A DNA stretch of 64,000 bases from Longimicrobiales bacterium (GCA_965202985.1 CBDBCF010000001.1:768001-832000), one strand, 5' to 3'. Counted from the first letter of the stretch, positions 39,787 through 50,343 are shown. Made by a program: numbers and translations. The notes: generated by a model not told the origin, from the sequence alone.

Positions 39787-41559
39787 TCACTGCACCGGAC
39801 GAATGTCCAGCGCCTTCGCCTGGACCGTCGTGTGTCCCAAGAAGGTATTGTCGGACAGCCGGAACGCCACGTCCACCGGACGCGCGCCCAGGCTCTCCTT
39901 GGAGAACCGGGACCCCATGCCGAAGCCGACGGCGGGCAGCCCCGCGCGTCCCTGCACCATCCGAAAGCGCAGATGACCGCGGGGCGTCACGTCGGGGGGG
40001 CGGTCGAAGCGCACGCCTCGGGCCACGAACACCGGCTCCGGGTTGCCGCGGCCGAACGGTCCCAGATAGTGCAGGTAGCGGTGGAAGTCCCGGGTCATCT
40101 CGTCCAGGCCGATCTCCAGGTCGGCGTCCAGTTCGGGAAGGGGCTCCTCCTCTCCCAGCGCGCTGCGGGCCGCCTCGCCGAACGCCTTCCGCAGGGCGGG
40201 CAGGCGGTCCAGGCGCACGTCGAAGCCCGCCGCCTGCGCGTGGCCGCCGAAGCGCTCCACGTGTTCGGCGCACCGGGACAGAGCCGCATGCACGTCGAAC
40301 AACGGGATCGAGCGGACGCTGCCTCGACCCCGCTCTCCGTCGATCGCCACGACCGCCGCAGGACGAAAGAGCCGCTCGGCAATCCGGGACGCCACGATCC
40401 CGACGACGCCCGGGTGCCAGCCCGACCCCGCGACCATCACGGCCCGGTCCCGGGCGGGGTCGTAGGCGTCCGCCACCGCCGCCAGGGCCTCGGCCAGCAC
40501 TTCCGCCTCCAGCCGGCGCCGCTCCTTGTTGGCGAGCTCGAGATCTTCGGCCAGAGCTTCCGCCTGGGCGGAGTCGGCGGTCAGGAGCAGGCGCAGCGCG
40601 GCGTCGGCGTCGCCCACCCGGCCCGCGGCGTTGATCCGGGGCGCCAGACGAAAGGCCACCGCCGTCGCGTCCAGGCGTCCGCCGGGTCGGAGCGCCCCCG
40701 AGCGCGCCAGCAGCGCCGCCAACCCCGGCCGGGTCGAGCGGGTCGCCGCCCGGAGCCCGTAGCGGGCCAAGATCCGGTTTTCGCCCGACAGGGGGACTTG
40801 GTCGGCGATGGTGGCCAGGGCCGCCAGGTCCAGGTGCCGCCAGGCCTCGTCTTCGGGCCGCCCCAGCATTCGCGCCACCAGCTGGCCGACCTTGAACGCC
40901 ACGCCGGCGCCGCACAGGTGCTTGTTCGGGTAGGCGCAGCCCGACTGGGACGGGTTCACCACCGCCACCGCCGGGGGCAGCCGGGCGCCCGGACGATGAT
41001 GGTCGGTCACGATCACGTCGATGCCCGCGGCGGCGGCTTGGGCGACCGGTTCGCAGGCCTGGGTCCCGCAGTCCACCGTGACCAGGACCTGCGCCTTCTG
41101 CTCGACGGCGCGCGCCACCCCCGCGGGAGACAGGTCGTAGCCGTCGCGGACGCGATGGGGTACGAAGGCGTCGGCGCGCCCGCCCAGCGACCGCAGCCAG
41201 TCGGTCAGGAGCGCCGCCCCCGCCACGCCGTCCGCGTCGTAGTCCCCGTGCACCAGCACCCGCTCGCCGGCGCGGACCGCTTGGACCAGCCGGCGGGCGG
41301 CGGCATCCGCGCCCAGAAGCCCGGCGGGGTCGTGCAGTCCGGTGATCAAGGGGCGCAGGAACGACTTGGCGGCGTCCGGCGTGCGGTGCTCCCGGACGGC
41401 CAGCAGTCGGCAGAGCGCCCTGGGAAGGCGAAGGCTCCGCTCCAGGGACTCCACCACCGAGAGCGGGGGCAGGGGCCGGAGCTTCCATCGGGGGCGGGGG
41501 CGGCCCGGGCGGGAGCGGTCAGGGCCCGGCGCGCCGTTTTCCCCGGCCGCCCAGGTCAC
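39787..41559 (-). CDS. recJ: ssDNA exonuclease RecJ
   Basis: GDYDADG, TVDCG, TDHH, PRINAAGR, FGGHAQAAG. Confidence 0.95.
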   Translation of the reverse strand: MTWAAGENGAPGPDRSRPGRPRPRWKLRPLPPLSVVESLERSLRLPRALCRLLAVREHRTPDAAKSFLRPLITGLHDPAGLLGADAAARRLVQAVRAGERVLVHGDYDADGVAGAALLTDWLRSLGGRADAFVPHRVRDGYDLSPAGVARAVEQKAQVLVTVDCGTQACEPVAQAAAAGIDVIVTDHHRPGARLPPAVAVVNPSQSGCAYPNKHLCGAGVAFKVGQLVARMLGRPEDEAWRHLDLAALATIADQVPLSGENRILARYGLRAATRSTRPGLAALLARSGALRPGGRLDATAVAFRLAPRINAAGRVGDADAALRLLLTADSAQAEALAEDLELANKERRRLEAEVLAEALAAVADAYDPARDRAVMVAGSGWHPGVVGIVASRIAERLFRPAAVVAIDGERGRGSVRSIPLFDVHAALSRCAEHVERFGGHAQAAGFDVRLDRLPALRKAFGEAARSALGEEEPLPELDADLEIGLDEMTRDFHRYLHYLGPFGRGNPEPVFVARGVRFDRPPDVTPRGHLRFRMVQGRAGLPAVGFGMGSRFSKESLGARPVDVAFRLSDNTFLGHTTVQAKALDIRPVQ

Positions 41560-42287
41560 TCGGTCTCGCCAGCTTCCTCGGGCGGCGCGGTGACGATCAC
41601 GCCGCAGGCCTCGCAGCGGATCAGGGGGGCCGACGCGCGGATCTCGTTCTGGATCTGCAGGGGAATCACAGAGTAGCACACGCCGCAGGCGCCGTCTTCG
41701 GTCATGGGAGACACGGCGGTCCGCCGCCCCCCTTGCGCCAGCTTGTCGTACACCCGTCGGCAATCCGGGTCGATCTTCGACGCCAGCTCTTCGCGGGCGT
41801 GCGCCAGCTTGTCCAGGTCCGACTCCAGCGTGGTCCGTTCCGCCGTCAGTTCGACCTTGCGGGGCTCCACCGCGGCCCGCGCCTCCTCCACGGCTTCGCG
41901 CTGACCCGCCAGCCTGTCCTCGAACCGAGCTATCTGGTCCATCAGGTTGATCACGTCCTGCTCTTCCGAGTCCAGCGCGCGGCGGACGATCCCAAGCTCG
42001 GCCTGCACGGCGGCTTCTTCACGCACGGTCCGAACCGATTTCAGACGCTCCTCCAGGCGCTCCATGCGCAGGCGCTTCTCGTCGACCGACCGCAACAGCC
42101 GACGTTCCTCCAGGCGCAGTTCCTGCACCCGCTGGGCGGTCGTGTCCGCCTCCTTCTCCGCGCCCTCGGCGGCGGCCTCCACCTCTTCCAGTCTCTCGCC
42201 GAACGACGCGATCCGGTCGCGAGCGTCCCGGATCCGTCCGTCCACGGTTTGCAGCTCCAACAACCGGTTGGAAACGGGATCGGTCAC
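41556..42287 (-). CDS. Coiled-coil C4 zinc-ribbon protein (DUF164)
   Basis: LLELQTVD, long coiled coil, CGVC...CEAC. Confidence 0.88.
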   Translation of the reverse strand: MTDPVSNRLLELQTVDGRIRDARDRIASFGERLEEVEAAAEGAEKEADTTAQRVQELRLEERRLLRSVDEKRLRMERLEERLKSVRTVREEAAVQAELGIVRRALDSEEQDVINLMDQIARFEDRLAGQREAVEEARAAVEPRKVELTAERTTLESDLDKLAHAREELASKIDPDCRRVYDKLAQGGRRTAVSPMTEDGACGVCYSVIPLQIQNEIRASAPLIRCEACGVIVTAPPEEAGETE

Positions 42288-44161
42288 TGCCGCGGGGCCT
42301 CCCCTCGGTTCGGGGAAGCGGCCGCGACTCGTGCGGCCTGCGCGGCGCGCCCCCAATCGCGGCCGCGGCTCAAGTCTTTCTTCTCCTCGATCAACCCGCG
42401 CTTGTCCTCCATGAGCGACCGCTGCCGCGTCTCGTCCCGGACGCGCCGCAGCTCCTGGTCCACGGCCTCCAGCCGCCGGTCGATCCCGGACACCAGGATT
42501 CGCGACGCGGCGTCCTCGAAGACTTGGCTTGCATGCTCCGTGTCCTCCTTGTCCTCCATGAGCTTCTCGAAGCGCTGCGCCACGGCGGGGTCGGTTCCGT
42601 CCGGCAGCGACTCCAACTCCGGATCGTCCAGCAACATCTCGAAGATGGCACGGTAGCACCGATCCTCCAAGTCCCCCGGGCCAATCCGCTCGGCGGCGCG
42701 CTCCACCCAGCTTCGATCCTTCGCCAGCACGAGCATGAGCGCCCGCTCCGCCCCCAGTCCGTGGACGCGCGGCGCGGGACGAGGGCGATGAGCGGACCGG
42801 CTTGCCGAGCCCGGACCGCGGCTTCCCGCGACGCCGGGCGCGCGACTCGGCGCTTGGCCCGGCGGCCCGTGGCGGGGACGCTGGCGCAGCTCGGCCTCCA
42901 AGGTCTCGGGCCGGACGTCGGTGCGCTCGGCGACGCGAGACACGTAGAGGTCGCGCAGCTGAGGGTCCGCCGTGGCGCGCAGGGTCGGGAGCAGCCGATC
43001 CAGGGCGCTCCGCGTCTTCTCGATCGACGAGAAGTACTCCCGCTCCTCCAAGATGGCCAGCTTGCGCTCCAGCACGTCCACGGCTTGGCCCACGTACTTG
43101 CGGACGGCCTCGGCGCCCCCGGACCTAGCCACCGAGTCCGGGTCCTCTCCGGCCGGCAGCGTGACCACCGACGGGTGCAGCCCCTGCGCCAGAAGGACGT
43201 CCGCCGCGCGGAAGGTGGCGCGCAGTCCGGCCGGATCGCTGTCGAAGAGGATGCGCACATAGCCGGCGTACCGCTTCAGCAGCTCCGCCTGCGCTTCCGT
43301 GAGCGCCGTGCCCAGCGGCGCGACGGCGTTCTCGATCCCGGCGGCCGCCAGCGACACCACGTCCATGAAGCCTTCCACCAGCAGCGCTTCGCCCTCTCGG
43401 CGGGCGGCGTTCCTGGCCCATCCCAGGCCGTACAGCACTTCTCCCTTGCGAAAGATCGGGTTCTCCGGCGAGTTGAGGTACTTGGGAAGGCCCTTGCCGG
43501 GCGTGCCCAGCAGCCGACCGCCGAACCCCAGGACTCTGCCCGACACGGACTCGATGGGGAAGACGATGCGGTCGCGGAGCGCGTCGTACGGTTCGTCGTT
43601 CTTGTCGCTGGTCTTGATCAGCCCCACCTCGGCCAGGACGCCCTCGTCCATGTCGTGGACCGCCGCCGCGTCGCGGAACGCCGTCCACTCGCCGGGGGCG
43701 TAGCCCAGGCCGAAGCGCTCCGCCTCTTCGCGCTCGATGCCGCGCCTCTGCAGGTACTCTCGGGCCGGCGCGCCCCCCTCCCGCTCCCAGAGGCGTTCTT
43801 GGAAGAAGGCGGCGGCGTAGGCGACGGCTTGGTAGTACGGGCGCCAGGGATCGTCTCCCTCTCGGCTTCGCGTCTCGCGCACATCCATGCCGCAGCGGCC
43901 GCCGACGAACTTCACGGCGTCGGTGAAGCTCATGCCCTGCTGCTTCATGAGGAACGAGAACACGTCTCCCGATTCGCCCGACGAGAAATCGTGGAAGAAG
44001 CCCTTGGCCGGGACCACGAAGAACGACGGGGTCTTTTCGGTCTTGAAGGGGCTGAGGCCCTTGTAGTCCTTGCCGGATCGCTTGAGCGACACGAACTCGC
44101 CGATAATGCTCACGATGTCGGCGCGCTCGCGGACCTCCTCCACCACGCTGTCCGGGATCAT
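42284..44161 (-). CDS. dnaG: DNA primase
   Basis: SPFKTEKTPSF, KYLNSPE, VEGFMDV, FDSDPAG, DPD. Confidence 0.95.
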   Translation of the reverse strand: MIPDSVVEEVRERADIVSIIGEFVSLKRSGKDYKGLSPFKTEKTPSFFVVPAKGFFHDFSSGESGDVFSFLMKQQGMSFTDAVKFVGGRCGMDVRETRSREGDDPWRPYYQAVAYAAAFFQERLWEREGGAPAREYLQRRGIEREEAERFGLGYAPGEWTAFRDAAAVHDMDEGVLAEVGLIKTSDKNDEPYDALRDRIVFPIESVSGRVLGFGGRLLGTPGKGLPKYLNSPENPIFRKGEVLYGLGWARNAARREGEALLVEGFMDVVSLAAAGIENAVAPLGTALTEAQAELLKRYAGYVRILFDSDPAGLRATFRAADVLLAQGLHPSVVTLPAGEDPDSVARSGGAEAVRKYVGQAVDVLERKLAILEEREYFSSIEKTRSALDRLLPTLRATADPQLRDLYVSRVAERTDVRPETLEAELRQRPRHGPPGQAPSRAPGVAGSRGPGSASRSAHRPRPAPRVHGLGAERALMLVLAKDRSWVERAAERIGPGDLEDRCYRAIFEMLLDDPELESLPDGTDPAVAQRFEKLMEDKEDTEHASQVFEDAASRILVSGIDRRLEAVDQELRRVRDETRQRSLMEDKRGLIEEKKDLSRGRDWGRAAQAARVAAASPNRGEAPRQ

Positions 44162-46599
44162 CGCACCGTGGCCACCGTGACGCCGTGGCCTCCTTCGCCC
44201 GGCGCGCCGGGTCGGAACTCCTCGACGCGCGGGTCCCGCCCGAAGACCTGGGCGACCCGCTCTCGGAGAGCGCCCGTGCCCTTGCCGTGGACCACCCGCA
44301 GCACGTGGAGCCCCCCGGCGGAGGCGTCGTCCACCGCCCGCACCAGGGCGGCCTCGGCTTCGTCGGGCCGGCGGCCGCGCAGGTCGATCTCGGGAGAGGG
44401 GTCGGGTTCGGGGCCGGTCCAGCCGGATGCCGGCGGCGTCGCGGCACCGCCGTTGGAGCGCGCCGCGTTCAGTCGGTCCAGGGGGACTCGGATGCGAACG
44501 CCGCGCACATCCACCACTGCCCGGACGCCTTCCATGGCAACCAGGACGCCGGGCTGCGCCGACCCGGCCACGGCGACCCTCGCCCCCGGTTCCAGCCGGG
44601 CGGCATCCAACGCCGCGAGCTCCGGCCCGGCCCGCCGCGCTGCCGGCGTCTCGGCTCCCGCGTAGGCGTCGCTCCCGGCCCCGTCGGCATCGGCCCCCGC
44701 GCCCTGCAGCCGGGCAGCGGCGTCTTCGACCGACTTCCGCGCCGCGCGGGCCGCCCTTTCCAGGCTTTCTTCCGTCCCCGCGCGGGCCGCGAGCCGTTCG
44801 ATCACCGCCTCCACCTCCTTGCGCGCCTCCAGCAGCAGGCGGCGCGCCTCCGCCCGGGCCTGGGCCGTCGCCCGCCGCTCCGAGCGCCGCAACGCCTGGG
44901 CCCGCGCCCCCAGCGCCGCCTCCCGTTCGGCCAGCTCGGCGCCCAGCGCCTGGGCCCGCGCCCGATCCCGCTCCGCCTCCGCAACCGCCTCCGATGCGCG
45001 CCGCTCCTTCTCCTCCAAGCTTGCCAGCAGGCCGTCCAGGCGCGCCTCGGCCTGCTCTCGGTACGCTTCCGCCCGGTCCAGCACGCGCGACGGGAAGCCC
45101 AGCCCCCGCGCAATCGAGAGGCCGTAGCTGCGGCCCGGCCGCCCCTTGGCGAAGCGGTACGTGGGCGCCATGCGCTCGCCGTCGAACTCCAGCGAGGCGT
45201 TCGCGATGCCGGCGCCCGGCGACGCGAGCCGTTTCAGTTCGCCCATGTGCGAGGTGACGACTGCCGTGCAGCCCCGCTCGGCGAGCGTCTCGACCAGCGC
45301 GCGGGCCAGGGCGGCGCCCTCCTTGGGATCGGTCCCCGTGCCGGGCTCGTCCACCAGGACCAGCGAACGCGGTCCCGCGTGTTCCAGGGTCTCCTTGAGG
45401 TTGCGCAGATGGGCCGAGAAGGTGGACAGGCTGTCCGCGATCGACTGCTGGTCGCCCACATCGGCGAACACGGCGTCGAACACGGGAAGCCGCGTCCCGG
45501 CGTCCACCGGCGGGATCACGCCGGCTTGAGCCAGGGCGGACACGAGCCCGACGGACTTGAGGAAGACGGTCTTGCCGCCCGCGTTGGGACCCGTGACCAC
45601 GACCACGCGCTCGCCCGGCGCCAGGGCAACGTCGAACGGAACCGGGTCCGCGCCCGCCGCCGCCAAGAGCGGATGGCGTCCGCCCCGGATCTGCAGGGTT
45701 TGGCCCGGCGCCACCTCGGGCACGCTTCCTTCCCAGCGGCGGGCGGCCCGCGCCAGCGCGCAGCGCCGGTCCGCCTCCACGAGCGCCTCGCGGGACGAGG
45801 CCAGGGCGCCGGCCAGCGGACGGCACCGCTCGGTGAGTTCGCGGAGGAGGCGCTGGACCTCCCGGGCTTCGGCTCGTTCCAGCTCGCGGATGCGGTTCAT
45901 CATGGCGATCGCCGACGGGGGTTCGGCGTAGACGGTGGCCCCGGTGGCCGACTCGTCGTGCACGTACCCGCCCACGGTCCGCTTCCCCTCGCGCCGGACG
46001 GGGATCACGTAGCGCCCTTCCCGTATGGTGACCGACGCGCCCGACACGCGGTGCGCCTCGCTCAACCCCTCCAGTAACGACTCCAGGTGGGCCACGACGC
46101 GCGAGTGCGCACCGGCCAGCCGCGCGCGGAGGCGCTCCAGCTCCCGGCTGGCGGTGTCCAGAACGCGGCCTTCCCCGTCCACGGTTCGGGCCACGGTCTT
46201 CTCCAACGCCGGATCGACCAGCAGGCGAGCGCACAGGGCGCCCAGCGCGGGGAACTCCTCCGGCGCTTCGGCGGCGAGCGAGCCCGCCAACCGACGAGCC
46301 GCCTCCAACAGGGCGCCCACCTTCGCGAGTTCGTCCGGGGCCAGCACCGCGCCTTCCACGGCAAGTCGCTCCAAGGCGCCGGTCGGGTCCGGGAAGCGCG
46401 GAAACGCCCAGTCCGTCCGTGCCTGCAGGAAGCGCCCCGCCTCCGCCACCTCTTCGAGCCGGGCGCGAACAGACGTCGCGTCGCCGGACGGCCGCAGCGC
46501 CAGAACGGCGTCTCGGCCCGCGCCCGTGGACGCAAAGCCGGCGGCGTGCTCCAGGACCCTGTCGAACTCCAGGACCCGGAGGGCGCGCCGCGAGAACAC
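44158..46599 (-). CDS. mutS2: Endonuclease MutS2
   Basis: TGPNAGGKT, LSTFSAH, DEPGTGTDP, C-terminal Smr domain (VHGKGTG). Confidence 0.95.
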   Translation of the reverse strand: MFSRRALRVLEFDRVLEHAAGFASTGAGRDAVLALRPSGDATSVRARLEEVAEAGRFLQARTDWAFPRFPDPTGALERLAVEGAVLAPDELAKVGALLEAARRLAGSLAAEAPEEFPALGALCARLLVDPALEKTVARTVDGEGRVLDTASRELERLRARLAGAHSRVVAHLESLLEGLSEAHRVSGASVTIREGRYVIPVRREGKRTVGGYVHDESATGATVYAEPPSAIAMMNRIRELERAEAREVQRLLRELTERCRPLAGALASSREALVEADRRCALARAARRWEGSVPEVAPGQTLQIRGGRHPLLAAAGADPVPFDVALAPGERVVVVTGPNAGGKTVFLKSVGLVSALAQAGVIPPVDAGTRLPVFDAVFADVGDQQSIADSLSTFSAHLRNLKETLEHAGPRSLVLVDEPGTGTDPKEGAALARALVETLAERGCTAVVTSHMGELKRLASPGAGIANASLEFDGERMAPTYRFAKGRPGRSYGLSIARGLGFPSRVLDRAEAYREQAEARLDGLLASLEEKERRASEAVAEAERDRARAQALGAELAEREAALGARAQALRRSERRATAQARAEARRLLLEARKEVEAVIERLAARAGTEESLERAARAARKSVEDAAARLQGAGADADGAGSDAYAGAETPAARRAGPELAALDAARLEPGARVAVAGSAQPGVLVAMEGVRAVVDVRGVRIRVPLDRLNAARSNGGAATPPASGWTGPEPDPSPEIDLRGRRPDEAEAALVRAVDDASAGGLHVLRVVHGKGTGALRERVAQVFGRDPRVEEFRPGAPGEGGHGVTVATVR

Positions 46600-47040
46600 C
46601 TACCCCAGCTCCTCCCGGACGATCGCCGACGCCGCCTTGCCGTCGAATCGACCTCGGATCCGGGGCATCAACCCGGACATGACCGCGCCCACGCCGGACG
46701 CGCCGCCGGCCACGAGCTCCCGCACGATCTCGCGAACGTCCTCGGCAGAGAGTTCGGGCGGCAGGTAGCCCTGGAGGAGCTTCGCCTGCGAATCCTCGGC
46801 CGCCGCCAAGTCCTCCCTTCCGCCCCTTCGCATCTGCGCGGCGGCGTCGCGACGCTGCTTGACCGCCTTGGCCACGACCGCGCAAACGCCCTCGTCGTCC
46901 AGCGGCGCACCCGACTCGATCTCCCGGTTGCGCACTTCGGACAGGGCGGTGGACAGCACCAGCGTCCGCGCCTTGTCCCGAGCCCGACGCGCCTGGTTCA
47001 GATCGGACCGCAGCCGGTCCTTCAAGGGCTTGTTCGTCAC
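46600..47040 (-). CDS. GatB/YqeY domain protein
   Basis: LKDRLRSDL, KQRRDA, YLPPELS, GAVM, GRFDG. Confidence 0.9.
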   Translation of the reverse strand: MTNKPLKDRLRSDLNQARRARDKARTLVLSTALSEVRNREIESGAPLDDEGVCAVVAKAVKQRRDAAAQMRRGGREDLAAAEDSQAKLLQGYLPPELSAEDVREIVRELVAGGASGVGAVMSGLMPRIRGRFDGKAASAIVREELG

Positions 47041-47245
47041 GTGGCCTCCTGGTTCGGGCGGCGGGGCCGGAGGCGCCCGCGTTGGAAGATACCGCAATCG
47101 GGATTTCGTTCTCCGAAGCCGTTCCGGCAGCGCTCCGAAGGCTGCGTCCCATCCAGCTATATGAGACTGCCGCCGAAGTGGATACCCTTCGTCCCCCCGA
47201 AGACGCGGGTCCCCTGGGCAACCTCACAAAGAGAAGGAGAACGCC

Positions 47246-47698
47246 ATGGTTCGAACGACCGAGAACATCGTGGACATCGTTCGCAGCAGCGGCCCCGGTG
47301 CGCTTCCGTTGACCGGCCTCACGGAGGAGCTCCGGCGTCGCCGCCCGGCGATGAAGCTGGACGAGATCAAGATGCGTAGGCTGGTGGAGCGCGCCGGCGA
47401 CCGCCTGCTCCTGCTGGAGGTCGCGCCCGACGCCCCCGCCGGAGTGCAAGCGATGGAGCCGCTGGACAGCTGGGTAGTGCTGACTTCTGCCGCCGATGCC
47501 CCCAGCCGGTGCCGGTTGACGCACCTGCTGTGGTGCAGCCTCGCGGCGTTGGCCGAGGAGGTGGACCCCGACTCGCGGGTCAGCGTGAGCCGCTGGGTGC
47601 TCCTGGCCGGCCGTGCCCGGCGGATATGCGAACGACTGGCCGGCAGGGAGGAGTTCCCCGAGCCGGGCCTCCGCTTGACGGGCGAAGCCCGCTGGTGA
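47246..47698 (+). CDS. Hypothetical protein
   Basis: AAGGAG RBS before ATG; GC3-biased codons. Confidence 0.65.
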   Translation: MVRTTENIVDIVRSSGPGALPLTGLTEELRRRRPAMKLDEIKMRRLVERAGDRLLLLEVAPDAPAGVQAMEPLDSWVVLTSAADAPSRCRLTHLLWCSLAALAEEVDPDSRVSVSRWVLLAGRARRICERLAGREEFPEPGLRLTGEARW

Positions 47699-47812
47699 GC
47701 GCGCGCGGCTGGTTGCGGGCGGGGGCGCAGCCGACGGCAGGCCGGGGCGCGGCTCGGCCCGAGGTGTATCTTTGACGCGAAGGGAATCACGCCAAGACGA
47801 GGAGAATGCGCG

Positions 47813-48199
47813 ATGGGGTTCAAGGAAGAGTTCCACAAGTACATGCCCGAGCAGGACAAGCGGTGCGCCGCCATCATCCACGCCTCGTCGGCCGCGGCGG
47901 GCGCTGCCGCGGCGGCTTCGGTGGTGCCGGGCTCCGACTTCGTCGCCATCGCCCCGATCCAGGTGGGCATGATCGTGGCGCTGGCGGACGAGTTCGGAAT
48001 CCCCTTCACGGAGTCGGCCGTTCGGTCCACCTTGTACGCCACGCTGGGCAAGATCGTGGGCCGGAGCGGCGCAACGCTGCTCCTCCGCTGGATCCCGGTC
48101 TACGGCAACGTGGTGCGGGCCGGGGTGGCGGCGAGCGTCACCCAGGCGCTCGGCTGGACGGTAGTGAAGAAGCTGAAGGCTGGCGGCCGCGTGATCTGA
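47813..48199 (+). CDS. Small DUF697/YcjF-like protein
   Basis: PGSDFVAIAPIQVGMIVALA...FG, LRWIPVYG; GGAG RBS. Confidence 0.7.
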   Translation: MGFKEEFHKYMPEQDKRCAAIIHASSAAAGAAAAASVVPGSDFVAIAPIQVGMIVALADEFGIPFTESAVRSTLYATLGKIVGRSGATLLLRWIPVYGNVVRAGVAASVTQALGWTVVKKLKAGGRVI

Positions 48200-48238
48200 C
48201 CGATCGTCGGCGCGAGCTGCCCGTGGGGGGCCTCGGCG

Positions 48239-48703
48239 CTACTCGTCCGCGCTCGCCGTCGTCCGACCTTTCGCAGCTTTGCCGGCGCCGTACAGGGCGC
48301 CCACCACCCCAAGGACGGGGTTCAGCCAGCGAAGCCACGTCGGTTGCTGGGCGGAGTTCATGGCGTCGAACATGGACACGTCGTCGGGCCGGGCGCCGAT
48401 CGGCGGTGCGTCGGCACCGAGGAGCGCACCGGCGACCCCCAGGACGACCACGATGCCTAGCAGGACCCACAGCCCGCGCATGTCCGCTTGGACCTTGCCG
48501 CAGAGCCATCCGCCGGCGACGCCCGCCAGCAAGCCCAGCACGACGGAGGCCGCGAGCCAGATGCCGGACACGTCCCAGCTGGCCGGCTGGAACGACCGAT
48601 CCGGACCCAGCACCAGCCAGACCAGAGAAAAGGAAGCCATGACGACGACGACCATGGCGACGTAGCCCAGTACGGCGGCGCCGAGGTTCTTGAGGAAGGT
48701 CAT
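48239..48703 (-). CDS. Hypothetical 4-TM membrane protein
   Basis: MTFLKNLGAAVLGY with four hydrophobic segments; GGAG RBS. Confidence 0.7.
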   Translation of the reverse strand: MTFLKNLGAAVLGYVAMVVVVMASFSLVWLVLGPDRSFQPASWDVSGIWLAASVVLGLLAGVAGGWLCGKVQADMRGLWVLLGIVVVLGVAGALLGADAPPIGARPDDVSMFDAMNSAQQPTWLRWLNPVLGVVGALYGAGKAAKGRTTASADE

Positions 48704-48816
48704 TTGGAAGCTCCGTAGCGGGGATGCGCCCAAGGTGCGGACGGACATCGAACTCGGTAGGATTCTAGGACAAGGAACGGGCGCCTGCCCACGAGACGTG
48801 CCGAAGGAGGAGGAGT

Positions 48817-49617
48817 ATGGAGGCAAGGGGCGATCACGGACAGGGCGCGACGGAGGTCGTGCTGTCGGTCCGGGTGGAGGCCAGCGCGGACACGGCCTGG
48901 GACATCCTGGCGTCGCCCGAGCGGTTCTCAGCCTGGATGGGCGGGCAGGCTTCGTTCGAGCGCGAGCCTGGAAGCGCGTTTCGCGTGGACTTTCCCCAGC
49001 ACGGCTTCGTCGTCGCCGGCAAGGTGACCGCCTTCGACGCCGAAGCGCGGTGCTTGGTGCTCACGTGGGGGTTCGAGTCGGGGCCTCACGCCGAGACCGT
49101 CTCCGCCGGGTCCACCCAGGTGGAGTTCCGGGTTCGTCCCGAGAACGACGGCTGCCGCGTGGACCTGCGCCACGACGGCTTCGCCTCCGCCCAGGTCGCG
49201 GCCGAGTACGACGGCGGCTGGCGCTACCACCTGGGGCGCCTGGACCTGGTCGCCAACCAAGCCGACCTGGCCGCCGGACTGAAGCGGACGCTGGCCGACT
49301 GGTTCGCCGCATGGAACGAGTCCGACGACGAAGCCCGCTTGGCCGCGCTGCGTCGCTGCTGCGCCGAAGACGTGGAGTTCCGCGACGAGTGGGCCGTGGC
49401 TCGAGGCGTGGAGCGGCTGTCCCTTCACATCGCCAACTGCCACCGCTTCATGCCCGGCTGGAAGATCGAAGCCGACGACGACGTGCGCATCTGCCGGGGC
49501 GAGGCGCTGGTGGGCTGGCGCTCCAAGGGTCTCGCGGGCGAAGTGAAGGGCTTCAACCACGTGCGCGCCGCCCCCGACGGAACCCTGCGACGGATCGCCG
49601 GGTTCGCGAAGAGCTAG
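48817..49617 (+). CDS. SRPBCC (Aha1-like) + SnoaL/NTF2-like fusion protein
   Basis: LVLTWG, STQVEF, GWRYHLGRL, followed by WFAAWNESD...DVEFRD. Confidence 0.75.
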   Translation: MEARGDHGQGATEVVLSVRVEASADTAWDILASPERFSAWMGGQASFEREPGSAFRVDFPQHGFVVAGKVTAFDAEARCLVLTWGFESGPHAETVSAGSTQVEFRVRPENDGCRVDLRHDGFASAQVAAEYDGGWRYHLGRLDLVANQADLAAGLKRTLADWFAAWNESDDEARLAALRRCCAEDVEFRDEWAVARGVERLSLHIANCHRFMPGWKIEADDDVRICRGEALVGWRSKGLAGEVKGFNHVRAAPDGTLRRIAGFAKS

Positions 49618-49787
49618 GAACGTGTAGTCCATAGCCGATCGGTGGGGGACGCCGAGATGAACACCGGGCGATTTTGGGTGTCGGAGGGCGTACAGCGGCA
49701 GTGAGAGGCCGGATCCGAGCGAAAATAGGGCGCGTAGGCCGTGCGAATCGCCCGCTTCTCCCCAATTTGCCCACCACTACACCTTCC
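49617..49787. mobile_element. Putative MITE-like intergenic element
   Basis: Terminal IR GGAACGTGTAGT / ACTACACCTTCC (11 of 12 match); internal IR GGGCGATT / AATCGCCC. Confidence 0.45.
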
Positions 49788-49821
49788 AGACAAAGGGCGC
49801 GGGCTTATGCCCTACGGGCTC

Positions 49822-50343
49822 CTAGCCCGAAGTTCCGGGGTCGTGCTCGCGCGACTCCTCGCCCTCGCCGGAACGCTCGGAGCGGCCCTCCTTCTCGGAC
49901 TCTCGTCCGTCGTGCTCGTCGTCCCCGTGTTCGTCTTCCGCGCCGCCCACTTCGGCGTGGGCACTCCACGTCTCGAACGTCTCTCCCGAGGCATCCAACG
50001 ACACCAGCATCGTCTCGCCGGGCACCAAGTCGCCCGGGCTCGAAGGGCCGAGTTCGACGCCGTTGGACAGGTGAACTTCCACCCGCACCCGGCTCAGCGG
50101 CTCGTCACCGACGTTCTCCACCGTGCCCGCGAAGGCGCCGGCTTGCTCGTCGTACGCCAGCACCAAGCGCGTGCCGGCCCGTTCGCGGTCGTAGGTCTGG
50201 TCCTTGGCCAGCTGCTCGCCCGACTCCTCTTCCGGGGCGGATTCGTAGCCGGCAGCGTCTTCTTCCCCGCCGTCGGAAGGACCGCACGCAACCATAACGG
50301 CTGCCGCCGCGGCGAGCAGGAGCCTTGCATCGGTCTTGGTCAT
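49822..50343 (-). CDS. Lipoprotein with an Ig-like (FxLYD-like) domain and acidic tail
   Basis: Lipobox MVAC; GTVENVGDEPLSRVRVEVHL...LVPGET. Confidence 0.7.
   Translation of the reverse strand: MTKTDARLLLAAAAAVMVACGPSDGGEEDAAGYESAPEEESGEQLAKDQTYDRERAGTRLVLAYDEQAGAFAGTVENVGDEPLSRVRVEVHLSNGVELGPSSPGDLVPGETMLVSLDASGETFETWSAHAEVGGAEDEHGDDEHDGRESEKEGRSERSGEGEESREHDPGTSG

Noticed and set aside
47160..47225. GAGAC...CGCCGAAG resembling a glycine riboswitch, and GGCAACC resembling SAM-I
   Set aside because: Other required conserved segments (e.g. CTCTCAGG) are missing and the gene context does not fit.
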